Virus record (IMG/VR): IMGVR_UViG_3300035208_003871
DNA: 64,000 nucleotides
Reading direction: 5' to 3' (one strand)
Source: a virus
Taxonomy: Duplodnaviria; Heunggongvirae; Uroviricota; Caudoviricetes
Shown here: positions 1-12,100 of the stretch, piece by piece
Layout: every line of letters begins with the position of its first letter
How positions within the stretch are numbered: position 1 is the stretch's first letter
Notes under the pieces: model-generated
What the model saw: the letters and a program-made list of their open reading frames with translations, nothing else
Database searches by the model: none
Told to the model about the DNA's origin: nothing
Translations under genes and position numbers: made by a program

Positions 1-1256
1 TAATGAGTATCTCCAATTGAGAATGTTGCAAAATGATTACCAACTACACCACCGGATATCGAATATAACGCAGATTGCAAAGTAACATCCCACCCGTCTG
101 AATCTACAAAATCAGCTGTGTAAGGATCTCTCATTCGCATCGATGTTGTTAATACATCTAATTCACCTTGTATTTCTGGTGATATTTGAAATTTAGTTGC
201 TTCTTCTATTGTGTCAACATATCCAAAGAAAATTGATTCGGTGCTTCCTATAGCATTTTCCATATACAATTCAATAGTATATGTTCCGAATTCAAGATCT
301 GGCAATGTAGTATATGAATATGGATTATATTGAGGATTATTTAAATCAGGATCATAATTGTTATCGGTAATAACTGCATATCTAACAGGAATCATATGAG
401 ATATATCATTTGGGTAATTATCATTAAATTGATATTTATGAATTATAAATACTGCAGTATCTACGGTATATCTACTTGCTGTAAATAATACAGGAGTTAT
501 GTGTTCACCAATATTCATACATAAATCTCCTGTAGAAAATCTAAATTCTATTACTTGTGGAATATACCCGCCTACATTTATACAATTAAAATAATTATCA
601 ATTCCAATACCTCGATAAAATCTAATTTTACTATGGTAGCATCCTATAAATTCAATTGTGATTTCTCCATCAATCGGAACTTTATAATTACGTTTGCATC
701 TTTTAAATGTAACACCGGGAGAACTAAGTGTCATATCAGTGGTACTATAATCAACATCCGTTAATTCATCTTCTGTCGATGTTGGAAATGTACATGATGC
801 ACTAAAACTATAAATGCGATGTTTAATCATTCCAAAAATTGCATTTGATATAAATTCAAAATCCACAACATTTACTTGTTCAAATGTATATTTTATAGAA
901 GCTCTGAAATTAAATGCATCGTGCGAGTACAAACTATATGTAAAATTGCGAGGATCGTAGTAGATGTGCAGATTATTATCTGCATAACCAGAGTCATCAC
1001 ATGATGAGCAGTATTCTTCGGGATAGTCGTATTCAGTAAGAAACATTGCAGTGAAATTACTATCTTTAATTCCTGCTATATTTGTTCCTTCATATGATAT
1101 TAGACCAACTTGTTTTTCCCAATCGTAGATGTTTGTTTCAGAAGTACAACAAGGTGTATAAGATGATCCGTTTGGAAACCCATCAGTATTTCCACCAATA
1201 CCTTCTTGAACATATGTTCCTCCAACTATTTGACTGTTGAAAAACTGTCGTGTCAT
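1..1256 (-). CDS. Tail fibre or receptor-binding protein, N-terminal ~418 aa. The gene starts at the ATG at 1254-1256 and runs off the window start.
   Basis: The frame is open from the ATG at 1256 to position 1. AGAGGAAGA lies immediately upstream of the ATG as an RBS. It is the last gene of the tail operon. The product is Gly/Asn/Tyr/Thr-rich (MTRQFFNSQIVGGTYVQEG...). The ORF track omits it because no stop falls in the window. Confidence 0.5.
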   Translation of the reverse strand, partial: MTRQFFNSQIVGGTYVQEGIGGNTDGFPNGSSYTPCCTSETNIYDWEKQVGLISYEGTNIAGIKDSNFTAMFLTEYDYPEEYCSSCDDSGYADNNLHIYYDPRNFTYSLYSHDAFNFRASIKYTFEQVNVVDFEFISNAIFGMIKHRIYSFSASCTFPTSTEDELTDVDYSTTDMTLSSPGVTFKRCKRNYKVPIDGEITIEFIGCYHSKIRFYRGIGIDNYFNCINVGGYIPQVIEFRFSTGDLCMNIGEHITPVLFTASRYTVDTAVFIIHKYQFNDNYPNDISHMIPVRYAVITDNNYDPDLNNPQYNPYSYTTLPDLEFGTYTIELYMENAIGSTESIFFGYVDTIEEATKFQISPEIQGELDVLTTSMRMRDPYTADFVDSDGWDVTLQSALYSISGGVVGNHFATFSIGDTH

Positions 1257-1330
1257 TCTTCCTCTATATTTCACTATACATTATTTATAATATTTCAAGT
1301 CTTTTATCATGTAAAATTATATGTTATAGT

Positions 1331-1684
1331 ATGTCTTGCGGCGGATACATGTTTTATTACGAAATGGAATGCTACGAAGCGGGATTAGTTTCTATTTATC
1401 ACGCTGGTGGTGATAGTGTTCCTCTTAATAAAATATACATTGGATGGGAAGATGTACAGGGGTGGACAATTAAAAAATCTGCATCAACAACAACAAAATG
1501 TGATCCTAATAAAACGCAATTTTCGATAAGTGACACTCTTCACATTTCATATAATCCAATTGCAAATAGCGGAGAAGAAACCGTTTCTATCAAATTATTC
1601 ATTCGAGATTACAGTGGAGGAGAATGGTTATGTCAAACACTTTCCCCATTGTTATATTCAAATGTACCGTTAGTAAAGTGTTAA
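1331..1684 (+). CDS. Hypothetical small protein encoded antisense inside the tail-gene cluster.
   Basis: A 117-aa plus-strand ORF (MSCGGYMFYYEMECYEAG...) exactly fills the 425-bp gap that has no minus-strand coding. Its composition looks like a protein, and an AT-rich promoter-like stretch precedes it. Confidence 0.35.
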   Translation: MSCGGYMFYYEMECYEAGLVSIYHAGGDSVPLNKIYIGWEDVQGWTIKKSASTTTKCDPNKTQFSISDTLHISYNPIANSGEETVSIKLFIRDYSGGEWLCQTLSPLLYSNVPLVKC

Positions 1685-2199
1685 TCTCTTCCAAATACCA
1701 CTTTCCATACAAATGCAAATTCCTCTCCAGCTGTTACATTCCAATCATAGAATGTTTGACGTGCTCCCATAATTCCACCTGATGCAAATTCAAATAATCC
1801 ACTTTCTTGTAGAATATAATCATCATCACTTGTCATAACAGCCGTATAAACAACTGTATCTGGATATAATAAATTTGTACTATACGTATTCTCGTATGTT
1901 ATCACTGCATTGGTTCTACCTATTGTAGTTGGAACTTTAAGTGAAGCAAATTCATAATTTCCGCCATCAGTTCCATCGGTTCCAACATCAACGTAAGTAT
2001 ATGTACTTGCAAAATGAGTTGCTAATTCATAAACTGCCTGATTTGTAAGTGCATCATCTGCATAATTATACAATTTAAGCTTACAAAGTAACTTTTGTAA
2101 GAATGTTGGAGAATGATTAGTTTTAACTTCAAGATTCCATTCTTTATCGTCTATACGATAGAGTTCAATTCTATCACTCAATCTTATTTTACTATCCAT
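1681..2199 (-). CDS. Tail or baseplate structural protein (hypothetical).
   Basis: A 172-aa ORF in the tail operon. Its stop and the next gene's start are 1 nt apart. Confidence 0.45.
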   Translation of the reverse strand: MDSKIRLSDRIELYRIDDKEWNLEVKTNHSPTFLQKLLCKLKLYNYADDALTNQAVYELATHFASTYTYVDVGTDGTDGGNYEFASLKVPTTIGRTNAVITYENTYSTNLLYPDTVVYTAVMTSDDDYILQESGLFEFASGGIMGARQTFYDWNVTAGEEFAFVWKVVFGRD

Positions 2200-2200
2200 T

Positions 2201-3856
2201 TTAAGTCTCTCCAGTTATATCTTCAAGTGTCATAACGTATGTATCTTTATAAACATCATAATCTGAATTAAATTGAACTTCATATTTATGAGTTGTTGGA
2301 AATCTCATACTAATTTTATTTGGAATATTTTCATTAATATAAAAAACATCACCGCTTCTCACTCCAACTGTTCCATACGATAATGTATCTCTGAATTCCA
2401 GAGTCTGATTATTATATATCGGAACGTATGTTGCATAATCATTAATTGTAAATTCTACATAATATAACGATTCACACCTTACTGATTGTAATATGGGTGC
2501 ATCTTTATAATTTCTATAAAACATTTCACTAAATAAATTATCAATCTCGCCTTTACTAATTTCAACGTGAGTCGCAAAGTCAACTTCTACATTAAAAAAT
2601 CTCAATTTAGATACATTTGCAGATAATTCACTAATTGTTATTTTATCCTCAATTGCATCATTTGGTGTTATGTCAACGCAAATGGTTCCAAATTGACTAA
2701 ACTCATCACCCGGTTGTTTTGGTGTAACTTCGATATTTCTATATTTTGAATCTGAAGCAATCATCTGAGGTGTAATTACTTTTGCAAAATCTAAATTACT
2801 TGTGCCGTGATATGCAATACGTTTATAATCTTTCTTTGGTAATACTTCGGTTTTCCCCCATAAGACAGGAGCATAATTGGTTCCCGGTAATGTAAGTGCT
2901 TCTAACTGAACAAATGTTCCAAATGCATCAGACCACCCATCTCCAGATTGTATACTTTTACCATAAAATCCATAAACTTTAACTATTTCATCAATATCAT
3001 AATTTTCAGCAATGCAAAATAATGGATACTTAGTTGATTCAGCATCTTCTATATCTCCGTTCATTTCGATACCTTTGCTGTAGGTATATATATTTGCGCG
3101 TTCGGATTTAATTGAAGATGCGCCCATATTCATCAAAACACCATCTTCTTTGTACTCAAAGGTGAATTTTATTATTAGTCCATTAATTGTAACAGCACTT
3201 GCTGTATTATTTTTCATTGTGAAAATGAATGTTGGTGGAGAAAGCAATGCTCGTTTTAATGCACCATCGGATATAGCATTTCCATCTTTATCAATTGGTG
3301 TATACCAACCTTCGATAAATGGGGGGATTCCTCCAAATGGATCCATGTAATAAACTTGCGTAAATGTACTGTTATCAGCAATTACCGATGATTTAACTAT
3401 AGACTTATCACTCTTAATAAGATATTTTGTTATATCACCATTAACATCATCGATATAAGATTCTTCATACCAACTTGGAATTTCTTCAAATTTTACTTCG
3501 AGTTTGTTTTCAACCTCTAATGTCTGACCACGATAAGTTCCCTTAACCCTAAATTCAACATCAACGGTGCATCTATCATAGAATGCAGGTATTTTTACAA
3601 GGTTTGCAACTGATACTTCGGTTGCTCCAACAGAACCATTTTTATCTATAATAAAATCGGTACTTGCGTTTGAACCAAGTGTGACTGAATCGTAGTTTGC
3701 ATAGAATTGTATTTCTGATGTATTTGTGGAATTGTAATATTCTAATCGTTCTAAATCTTTAATAGATGCAGTAATACGAACAGTACCATCACACTTTGGA
3801 GAAATAATAAGCGGTTTTCCTCTAAAAACGTCTTCTTCTATAATCATATTTGCCAT
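2201..3856 (-). CDS. Tail or baseplate structural protein (hypothetical), 551 aa.
   Basis: A large ORF abutting its neighbours with 1-nt spacing, downstream of the tape-measure gene. The product is beta-rich and Thr/Asn/Tyr-rich. Confidence 0.5.
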   Translation of the reverse strand: MANMIIEEDVFRGKPLIISPKCDGTVRITASIKDLERLEYYNSTNTSEIQFYANYDSVTLGSNASTDFIIDKNGSVGATEVSVANLVKIPAFYDRCTVDVEFRVKGTYRGQTLEVENKLEVKFEEIPSWYEESYIDDVNGDITKYLIKSDKSIVKSSVIADNSTFTQVYYMDPFGGIPPFIEGWYTPIDKDGNAISDGALKRALLSPPTFIFTMKNNTASAVTINGLIIKFTFEYKEDGVLMNMGASSIKSERANIYTYSKGIEMNGDIEDAESTKYPLFCIAENYDIDEIVKVYGFYGKSIQSGDGWSDAFGTFVQLEALTLPGTNYAPVLWGKTEVLPKKDYKRIAYHGTSNLDFAKVITPQMIASDSKYRNIEVTPKQPGDEFSQFGTICVDITPNDAIEDKITISELSANVSKLRFFNVEVDFATHVEISKGEIDNLFSEMFYRNYKDAPILQSVRCESLYYVEFTINDYATYVPIYNNQTLEFRDTLSYGTVGVRSGDVFYINENIPNKISMRFPTTHKYEVQFNSDYDVYKDTYVMTLEDITGET

Positions 3857-3857
3857 A

Positions 3858-5639
3858 TTATTCCTCTATATTTGTATAAATGATGTTACTACTCCATTTT
3901 TCAACTTCGGTTGGGGATGGAACTTCGTCTTTTTTAACCAATTCATTGCGATAAATATCAAATACACTTCTGTAAGAAGTTCCTACAATTACTTCGGTTG
4001 ACTCCTCCGTGATTGTCATATCACGTATTTGCCATATACTATCTTTAGAATTTGTAAATGGATCAAGATCTACACCTGATCGATATGGCATTGATGGAAA
4101 TGTTGTCTGATCTCCAAGGCCTAAGAACACATCACCCTCATTAAATCTAACTGTTCCTGCAGGAAAATTAACTCTGAATTGATCTGTATTAATTTTAAGA
4201 TCGTCGTAAATTTTTTTTGCAATTAAACTCAATTCACGATCAAGCAATGTGGAATTCATTATGTATCCAATTCCAACCCCCGCAGATGGAAACTCTTCTC
4301 CATTAACTGCAAATTCCTTTTGTATTCCGTGAACTGCCCAAACTGTAGAATCTGAGTTCCATACAATAACATAATCTGGATCTATAGTCTCGTTATTTGT
4401 ATAGCATCTAACTGACGCTTCTATAAATTCAGATTCTGGATTTATTGTAATATAATTGTTATAAAATCCATATTCGAGTTTGCCGTCCGGAAGAGCATAC
4501 CACGAATACATTCCACACTGGTTCTGAATAAAATTATCAATTGCTTTCCCAATACTTATCCCGGACAGCATTTGCGGAGGAAATGTTACACCTTCTCGTC
4601 CGGGAATATATATTGAATTTCCATATTTTTTAACATTGTAAGTAATACTTGTCTTTTCAGATCCAGATCCGGGATTATACCATGTAATTTTATTATGAGA
4701 CTGAAAATGTGTCATTATAGCAATGATAATTTCACTCAATGACAAAAATCTATTTTTCTTAACAGGATTTGGTATCTTTACACGTGGAACAAAAATACCT
4801 TTATTAAAGTTTTTAACTGGTATATCCTGTAACAAAGCTCCAATTTCATTACAATCATATGTTTGTGATAAATCCTTATTTGATGTTATTTCTTTAATAT
4901 ATCCAACAAAAACTGGTTTTGATTTATTGCTCGAACAAAATATTGCTATTGGTGTATTCTCTGGAAATACATCTACCTGCGACGCAATTTTAAATGTTGC
5001 TTTATTTAAAGTAAGTAATGATTTTTCTATTCTAACATTATATACAATTGGACCAGTCCATGTTATTAATTTAGAAGGTAAATATGCTAACGGAACAACT
5101 GCAAACTGAATATTTTCGGGTTTGTTAATTGCGCAATTTTTATCATATATCTGCAATTCCGCTTGATTTTCAAATACGTAACCCAATTCCATTTCAAATT
5201 TAAATCTCTGACCAGAAGTAACTTCTTTATTCCATGTAAAACTTTTAATTTTCCATTTAGCATTACCAAGTTCCGGAATAAGATTATTTCCTATTTTTAC
5301 AGAAATTGCACGAGATAAGTAGTTTCCATCATCGGATGTATATATTGAATCAGTTAATTCTTGATTTAGGACATATGATGCTGAATTACTAATTGAATCT
5401 TTAAACGAACCTACTATCTTACAATCCCTGCTTTTTGCACCAAGTGGCATAACAACTGGATCTGTTCCAACTTCAATAACCTGACTATCTGTTACCGTTG
5501 TTACCTGAATATCATCTATAAAAGTTTCATCTGGCAAATCACCTATATTAGTCCATTCGGTTTTATAATCATTATCTTTGGATTTTACTTCTTTCCAGAG
5601 AGTAAACTGAATGTTAGTATCTGCCATTATAAACTCCAA
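3858..5639 (-). CDS. Tail or baseplate structural protein, 593 aa. It may be a distal-tail or tail-associated protein.
   Basis: It lies downstream of the tape-measure gene and overlaps the upstream gene by 13 nt. Confidence 0.5.
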   Translation of the reverse strand: MEFIMADTNIQFTLWKEVKSKDNDYKTEWTNIGDLPDETFIDDIQVTTVTDSQVIEVGTDPVVMPLGAKSRDCKIVGSFKDSISNSASYVLNQELTDSIYTSDDGNYLSRAISVKIGNNLIPELGNAKWKIKSFTWNKEVTSGQRFKFEMELGYVFENQAELQIYDKNCAINKPENIQFAVVPLAYLPSKLITWTGPIVYNVRIEKSLLTLNKATFKIASQVDVFPENTPIAIFCSSNKSKPVFVGYIKEITSNKDLSQTYDCNEIGALLQDIPVKNFNKGIFVPRVKIPNPVKKNRFLSLSEIIIAIMTHFQSHNKITWYNPGSGSEKTSITYNVKKYGNSIYIPGREGVTFPPQMLSGISIGKAIDNFIQNQCGMYSWYALPDGKLEYGFYNNYITINPESEFIEASVRCYTNNETIDPDYVIVWNSDSTVWAVHGIQKEFAVNGEEFPSAGVGIGYIMNSTLLDRELSLIAKKIYDDLKINTDQFRVNFPAGTVRFNEGDVFLGLGDQTTFPSMPYRSGVDLDPFTNSKDSIWQIRDMTITEESTEVIVGTSYRSVFDIYRNELVKKDEVPSPTEVEKWSSNIIYTNIEE

Positions 5640-6112
5640 TACTGAGTTGGATCAAATACCACTAATTCATTATGCCACTCAATAAGTGTCAAATCATAAA
5701 CAATAACCCCACGTCTTGTCGATGACCTTCTATATGTATAAGTGTCAACCAACCACCGTGAACCTAATGGTAAATTTTGATTTACTTCATTATTTGTAAC
5801 ATCAAGAATAGATCCGGGTAAAAATACATTTGGTAAATTATTTACAATTCTCCAATTAGTAAGTCCTTCTAAAAGATATGGAACTTCATGAAAACTCCAG
5901 TATGAACTTATTGTTATTGTAGTTGCTTTCCTGCCCAATAATGTTGAAATTGGAACCGATGACTGTCCAGTAGTATAAGATTCAGAATTTGCTCCCTTCA
6001 CATTAGAAACTCTGAATGATTTCATCACATGATCGGTTCCGTGAACAGGTACGAATATTTTATTTCCATTTACCATCGTAATGTTTAAAAAATATTCAGT
6101 AAATGTAAGCAT
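5627..6112 (-). CDS. Tail structural protein, 161 aa, the first gene after the tape-measure protein.
   Basis: Position in the operon. Confidence 0.45.
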   Translation of the reverse strand: MLTFTEYFLNITMVNGNKIFVPVHGTDHVMKSFRVSNVKGANSESYTTGQSSVPISTLLGRKATTITISSYWSFHEVPYLLEGLTNWRIVNNLPNVFLPGSILDVTNNEVNQNLPLGSRWLVDTYTYRRSSTRRGVIVYDLTLIEWHNELVVFDPTQYWSL

Positions 6113-6167
6113 GGTAGATAATTCAACATTTACACTATATTTAAATTGAGTGACAAAAAAGTTAGAG

Positions 6168-9100
6168 TTATCTGGTATATGTTTTTCTGATTATACCTTC
6201 GATGATAGATTCACTCTGCAATCTTCTAATAACTTCGGTTGCAATCTCGTTCTTATCAGATCCACTTACCGATATCACAATTTCCATTTGCTGCGGAGTT
6301 GATTCTTTTTGTGATATCTGAGTGTTTACTTCATTCGAAATTGCTTCATTTAATGCAGAAACCGATTGTGGTTCTTTCATAAATGATGGAGTATACTCAG
6401 CTTCATTAAACTTTCCAGCATATGCCCAATTGGTATTATTTAGACTTTCAATAGTCGCTTCTTGATTTGTAGTTAGTGCATCTGTCATTGTCTTGACGTT
6501 ATCGGCCATTGCTTGCTGAGAATCTACAAGTGTTTGCATTTGTCCCATTCCATCATACTCTCCTTCTCCATATGTTTGATTTGCTAAATAATTAGTTGTT
6601 TTTGGCATTAATATACTTGCAAGATATGGTCCAAGGAATGACATTCCCGGAATTGGAACTCCGGGCATTCCCGCAGTCATGTATAAATCTGCTGCTGCTA
6701 TCGGGTTCTTTCCAATTTCATTTGCTGTATTTCCAGCCAATTCCATACCCGCTTCGCCAAGTCCTATAAGTGAAGTTCCTGCACCAAATATACCTTCAAT
6801 ATCAAAGTTTGCAAGATTTGCAGCAGCATTATTAAGACCCATTACCAGATCTCCAACACCTTCTGATACATTAGCTTCACCCAATGGACCCAATCCGACT
6901 TTCAAGTTAGTAGATACAATTGAATCCCTTAAACTTTGATTTCCTTTCTCAAATGTATCTCCGACATCTTCGAGAGTTTGTGAGAAATCAGTTCCTAATA
7001 ATTTATCAGTGGTCTTTGATCCAGTTCGTAACATTGCACCGATACTTGGACCTGCCTCGAATAAATCTTTATTCTGATTCATTAAGTCCCGCATTTCTTC
7101 TTCGGATTTACCAAATGTTTCTCCCCATCTCTTCATTCCTTTTGCATATCCAGCAGTTGAAAATCCACCTGTAAGTAACCCGGTAAAAGTATTATATTTA
7201 CCATTATCACTCATCATATCATTGAGTGGACGACCAGATCTGAATTCCTTTGATGCTTGTCTAGATTCTAGGAAATGAGCACCGGCAAACACAGCAGGGT
7301 TTCCTGCAAGCATATTTGCCTTTGTAAAACCAGTTCCTAATATAGCAGATGTCTTTGATAATCCAGATAATAAGAACTTTCTACCAGCTGCAGATTTACC
7401 AGCTGCTTCAGCTGCTTCTACACCAATTTTCAATCCAGTTTTACCACTTAACCATCCCAGACCTTTTTCAATTACAGGTGCAAGTTTCTGACCTCCCCAC
7501 TGAAATCCACGACCCCCATAACCAACTGCTGCATTTTGACCACGAACTTTTGCAATGTCGAGAGCAACTTCATATGGATTTCCACCAGAAGTAATTGCTT
7601 TTCTTGCTGTTGATCCATAATCGTATGGAACATCAGATCCCCATACTTCACGAGGAGTCCATATTTGTTTTAAATTTCCTCCAAATCGTGGTTTATTTAC
7701 TGATAATTTAGATGGTGTATGTGTTTGTGTTAAATCAAGTGATCCTTTTAAATAGTCTTCGACTTGATCATGTGTTACAAAATTAATATCTTTGTATTGA
7801 TCTCGAAGAGTTTGTATCGCGAGTTCTTGTTCTTTATTTACTAAAACTGCTCCAATATCTAATTTACCAGTTTTATCAACTAAACTTTGTCCCGGCTTAG
7901 ACATTAATGTAAATGGTCCAGTTTTATATGCTCCACCTGCTGCTCCTAAATATCCAGAACCGGGAGAAAGATCAGTTAATGGTGCTGTATGAAATTTCCT
8001 TGATTTATCAATTCCTTGCGTAAGGAAATAATCTAAACTTTTAAGTGGATCTCCCTTTAATATTCCATGTGCATCTACATTTAACCCAAGACTTTTTTGT
8101 TTTAGTCTTTGTTCTAATAACAATCCTTCTGCTTCATTTTCAACATAATTATCTGGATCACTTAATATTAATTGACGATTTTTTTGTGCAAATGAAGAAA
8201 GAGCTTTACCAAATTCCTTTTCAAATTCATTAAATGATTTTGTAATAGGTGCAGATCTTGTTACATCGATTGGTGATGGACCCGGAGCATATGTATATTT
8301 ACCTTCTCTCCATCGTGTTGCATAATCTGTATTTGACCGTCCAGTTGGTCCATAATCTTTAATATCCTGTAACTCACGGTATCCCGCGTGATGATAATAA
8401 ATATCTTGTATAGTTGCCCCACGACCTAGACCTGATATTCCAATAGATCTTCCAATGTTTGAATTTGCACTTATAATTGCAGATCCAGCAGATTTAACTA
8501 ATGTTGTTCCTGTGTTCTTTATTGCTTCAACTAATCCACCTGATGTTAATGCAATCGCAAGATTTCCTGCACCTTCTTTTATTTTTCCAGCAGTAGTATA
8601 AATAATATTAAATGAATCTAATATTCCTTTATGCACAAATTCTGTTGCATCGCCAACTTTGATTACAAAATTTCCCCATGCTCCGGAAATACTTTGCGCC
8701 ATATTTGCAATTACTGTCTTTATAATTGATATAACTGAGTTTGGATTTGGAACTGCAATTGGTGTTGATGCAAGTGGATTTGCTGCTAGTGGAGATGCTG
8801 TTGATGTAGCTGAAATCGGAGTCTCTTCTTCTGGCACCATTGGGAAATTTCCCGGAACAACAGAAAATGGACTTGGTGTTGCTGCAACAGGAAGTCCGGT
8901 TGGAGTTGTAATTGGGCCTCCTGATATTGGAGTTGGTGTAAATGATAATGCATTTAATAGTCTATCAATTATACCAATGTCGAATGGAAATCCACCTTCT
9001 CCTTCTTTACCACCATTTCCAAATCCAGTAACCCAATTTCTTACATAAACACCAATTCCGTCACCATCATCTGCACGTGCAAATATGTCATATTCTTTAC

Positions 9101-12100
9101 GAGTTGTGACATTTCCTTCATCTAAAGTTCTAAGTGTTTTAGTGAATTGCAAATTATCGTTAGATCTTTTAATTTCGTTATTTGTAATTCCCATAAATGA
9201 TGGAAGTGTCTGTCCAGTCCCGGTGTAATAACCTTTTAGACCACCGCGTGGTATAACCGTTTCACCAGATTGAAGTGCTGCCACGGTGTCATCAGGGGAT
9301 CCCGGAACCATGTCATATGCTGGTTTTGGAATTACACCCCCACCTACATATCCCTTGACTCCTGTAAGAGCTCCGTATGCACCTCCAATTATATCTGAAG
9401 GTTTGAGGATCTTTGTTTGTCCATTTGTAAAGAATTCAATTGCTCTCGCTGCAACTTCCCAAGCTGCTGCTAATGCAATTCCAATTCCAACTAACCATAA
9501 TGCAGCAACTCCCATTGCAGCAAGTCCAGCAGTAACACCGCCAAATACTGCGGTCAATTCGGCAGCAGTTCCAGCGACTGCAAGAAACAGTGATAATCCA
9601 GATGTTAGTGGCTGAATTAACATCGTTGCTACCATTAAATAAGCAGCCCATTTAACTAAAGGTTCTAGCCATCCTTTATCTTTAAAGAAAGTAAGAACGC
9701 CGACAAATAATTTTAATCCTTCTACCATTGCCGGTAATGCAGCTGCTCCTGCTTTTAACAATTCCTTAAATGTTTTAAGTGTATCTGAATTAGTAAGATC
9801 TTTAAATAATCCACGAATTGAGCTACTCAATGCATCAGTAAATTCACGATCTTTAAACATCGCCGTTGCTAACGATGTCATTCCAAGAGCAAATGTTGCC
9901 TGTACACCTTGAGCATTTTTCCAAGCGGTTACCATATCTTTCTGACTTGTACCAGCCTGACCCATTATTTCATTGACTTTTGATAATCCTCCACCAAATG
10001 CCTGAACATATGCAACATTTTTAAACATCCCGTTAAGATCGGATAAGGAAGCCATTACTCCACTGAGTGCTCCCTGCAGTTGCATGAACACACCCATAAG
10101 CGAGAAGTATACTCCCATTGAACTCATTGAAATGGAAGCAGCTTTCCATGAAAAATCTTTGGATAATTTACTAATTTTCATCGGTGTAGTTGCTTGCAGT
10201 CCACCACCTTTTACTTGTTCAGTTCCTCGTGTAAATGTTGCCTGTTTTGCACCAGCACCATGCCGTCCAATATCTACATTAAATGTTTCTTCAAACTTAT
10301 CCTGTAACCCGGTAATTTCTTCATCGGTTTTACCGTATTGTTTCTTGATCTCTTCACGCATTCCAGCAAATCCAACAGTTATATTGGATCTTGCGGCTTT
10401 CAGACCATCTTCTGTTTCGTAATCAATGATATCAGCGAAATCAAGTTTCAGGTATTTACTTGCATTTACATCACCGAGTTCAGTTTGAAGGAAACTTTCC
10501 ATCGCTGTCTTTATTCCACCCTGTCTTCGCGCTATATTTTCCCTTACTGTATTTATCTGTTCTTCTGGACTAACTGTACTAGATGTGGCACCGGGATGAA
10601 GTTGTCCATAACTAACATCCATCGTTGTCTGACCAGTTGTGCTGACAATTTCATCCATCTGTTCATTCAGGAACTTAGTCATGAATTTTTCATATGCACC
10701 ACTCATATCAGATCCGCGAACAACTCTGCGCATCGCTCTTAATGGCGCAATGTTTTTAATTCCTGCTATTATTTTATTTCCACCAACATAACCTTCCCGA
10801 GTACGTTCCGCACCCATCTCATATAATGGTCTATTTGCGTAACTGTATGTTGTACTTCCAGTTTTCATTGATGGATCTAATTCAAATCTCCAATCTGAAC
10901 CATATAAAGAACGCATTCTTTCGTTGTGAGATGATTGTTTAGCACCTGCAAGGTAATTTTTCTTGTGTGTATCTTGTTTTTCTCTGCGTGCTCTGTGAAT
11001 ATTTGAAATTTCTATACGTGCCTCGTCTTCAGCATCAGTTACACGACGCTCATATTCTCCAGATATCTGCTCACGATAAGTTTTAGTTCCTTTAATTGGT
11101 TGTTCTAATCCTGAACGCAATGCACCCTGTATATACTTAAATTTTTGAAGAATTTGTGGAGAAACATTCTGCCCACGTCTCTCATTAAATGTTCCAAAAT
11201 CTTCAGTAACGAATCTCTGTGGAACATCCATCATATCTTTAATAATTTTACCTTGTGGTGTTTCAAGGAATCCACTAACAGGTTCCATTAATTTTGAGAA
11301 TTTATCCTGACCTTCAAATTGAGTATCTTTTCCGTATTTTCCAAGAACGCCCTTGTACAAATTGGATGAAATATTCGCAAATGCTCTTTTAGATTGTTGA
11401 ATATCAGTAATTGATTGCTGCCAATTAAGTAATCTCGATGGATGAGTTCCTTTTTTACCGGGAGGGAAAGGTGCCAATGGTCTGTCCTCAGGCATAAGCA
11501 TACCCATGTTTTCAACTGCTCCACCCCATGGCTGTGCCTGTACAGCGTTTATAGCAGCTTGTGTAAATGGACTACGTTTAGATCTTTGGATACGCTGACG
11601 CTGCTGTATCATTACTTCGGGTTCTGGTAATGTTACACCATGTGTCAATCCTTCAGTTGGAAGTCCGTAATTTGGAAACTCTCTTGTAGTAAGTTGCGTT
11701 CGTCTATCATCGGGTATAAATTTATACATGTTAGATAAATCAGCCGCAAATTTTGGTTGTAATTTTAATAATTCCCGCTGCTGACGTTTGATATTTTCCA
11801 TTAACTGATTAAATTTAATAAATGGACTATTGCCTTCTGGTTCGTTATATCCACCCAAATATGGAACTGCACTCATACCACTGTGAGGAATCTTAACAGT
11901 ACTTTCTTTTGCTCCAAGTAAACTTTCACTTGGATAATTTCCAATATCGGGTCCACCCCAAGATCTTCGTTCTCCGGGCAATACCATTGATGGATTAATC
12001 ATCCCAATTGAGTCACCACGTTGTGAACGTCTAATAATTTTTGCAGATTCTTTATCTAAATTTACAAATGAAGATGTAACTCTTTTAATAGCAGTACCCA

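Noticed and set aside
555-764. Plus-strand ORFs 555..764 and 1206..1388.
   Set aside because: They are antisense to the partial fibre gene and have low-complexity translations.
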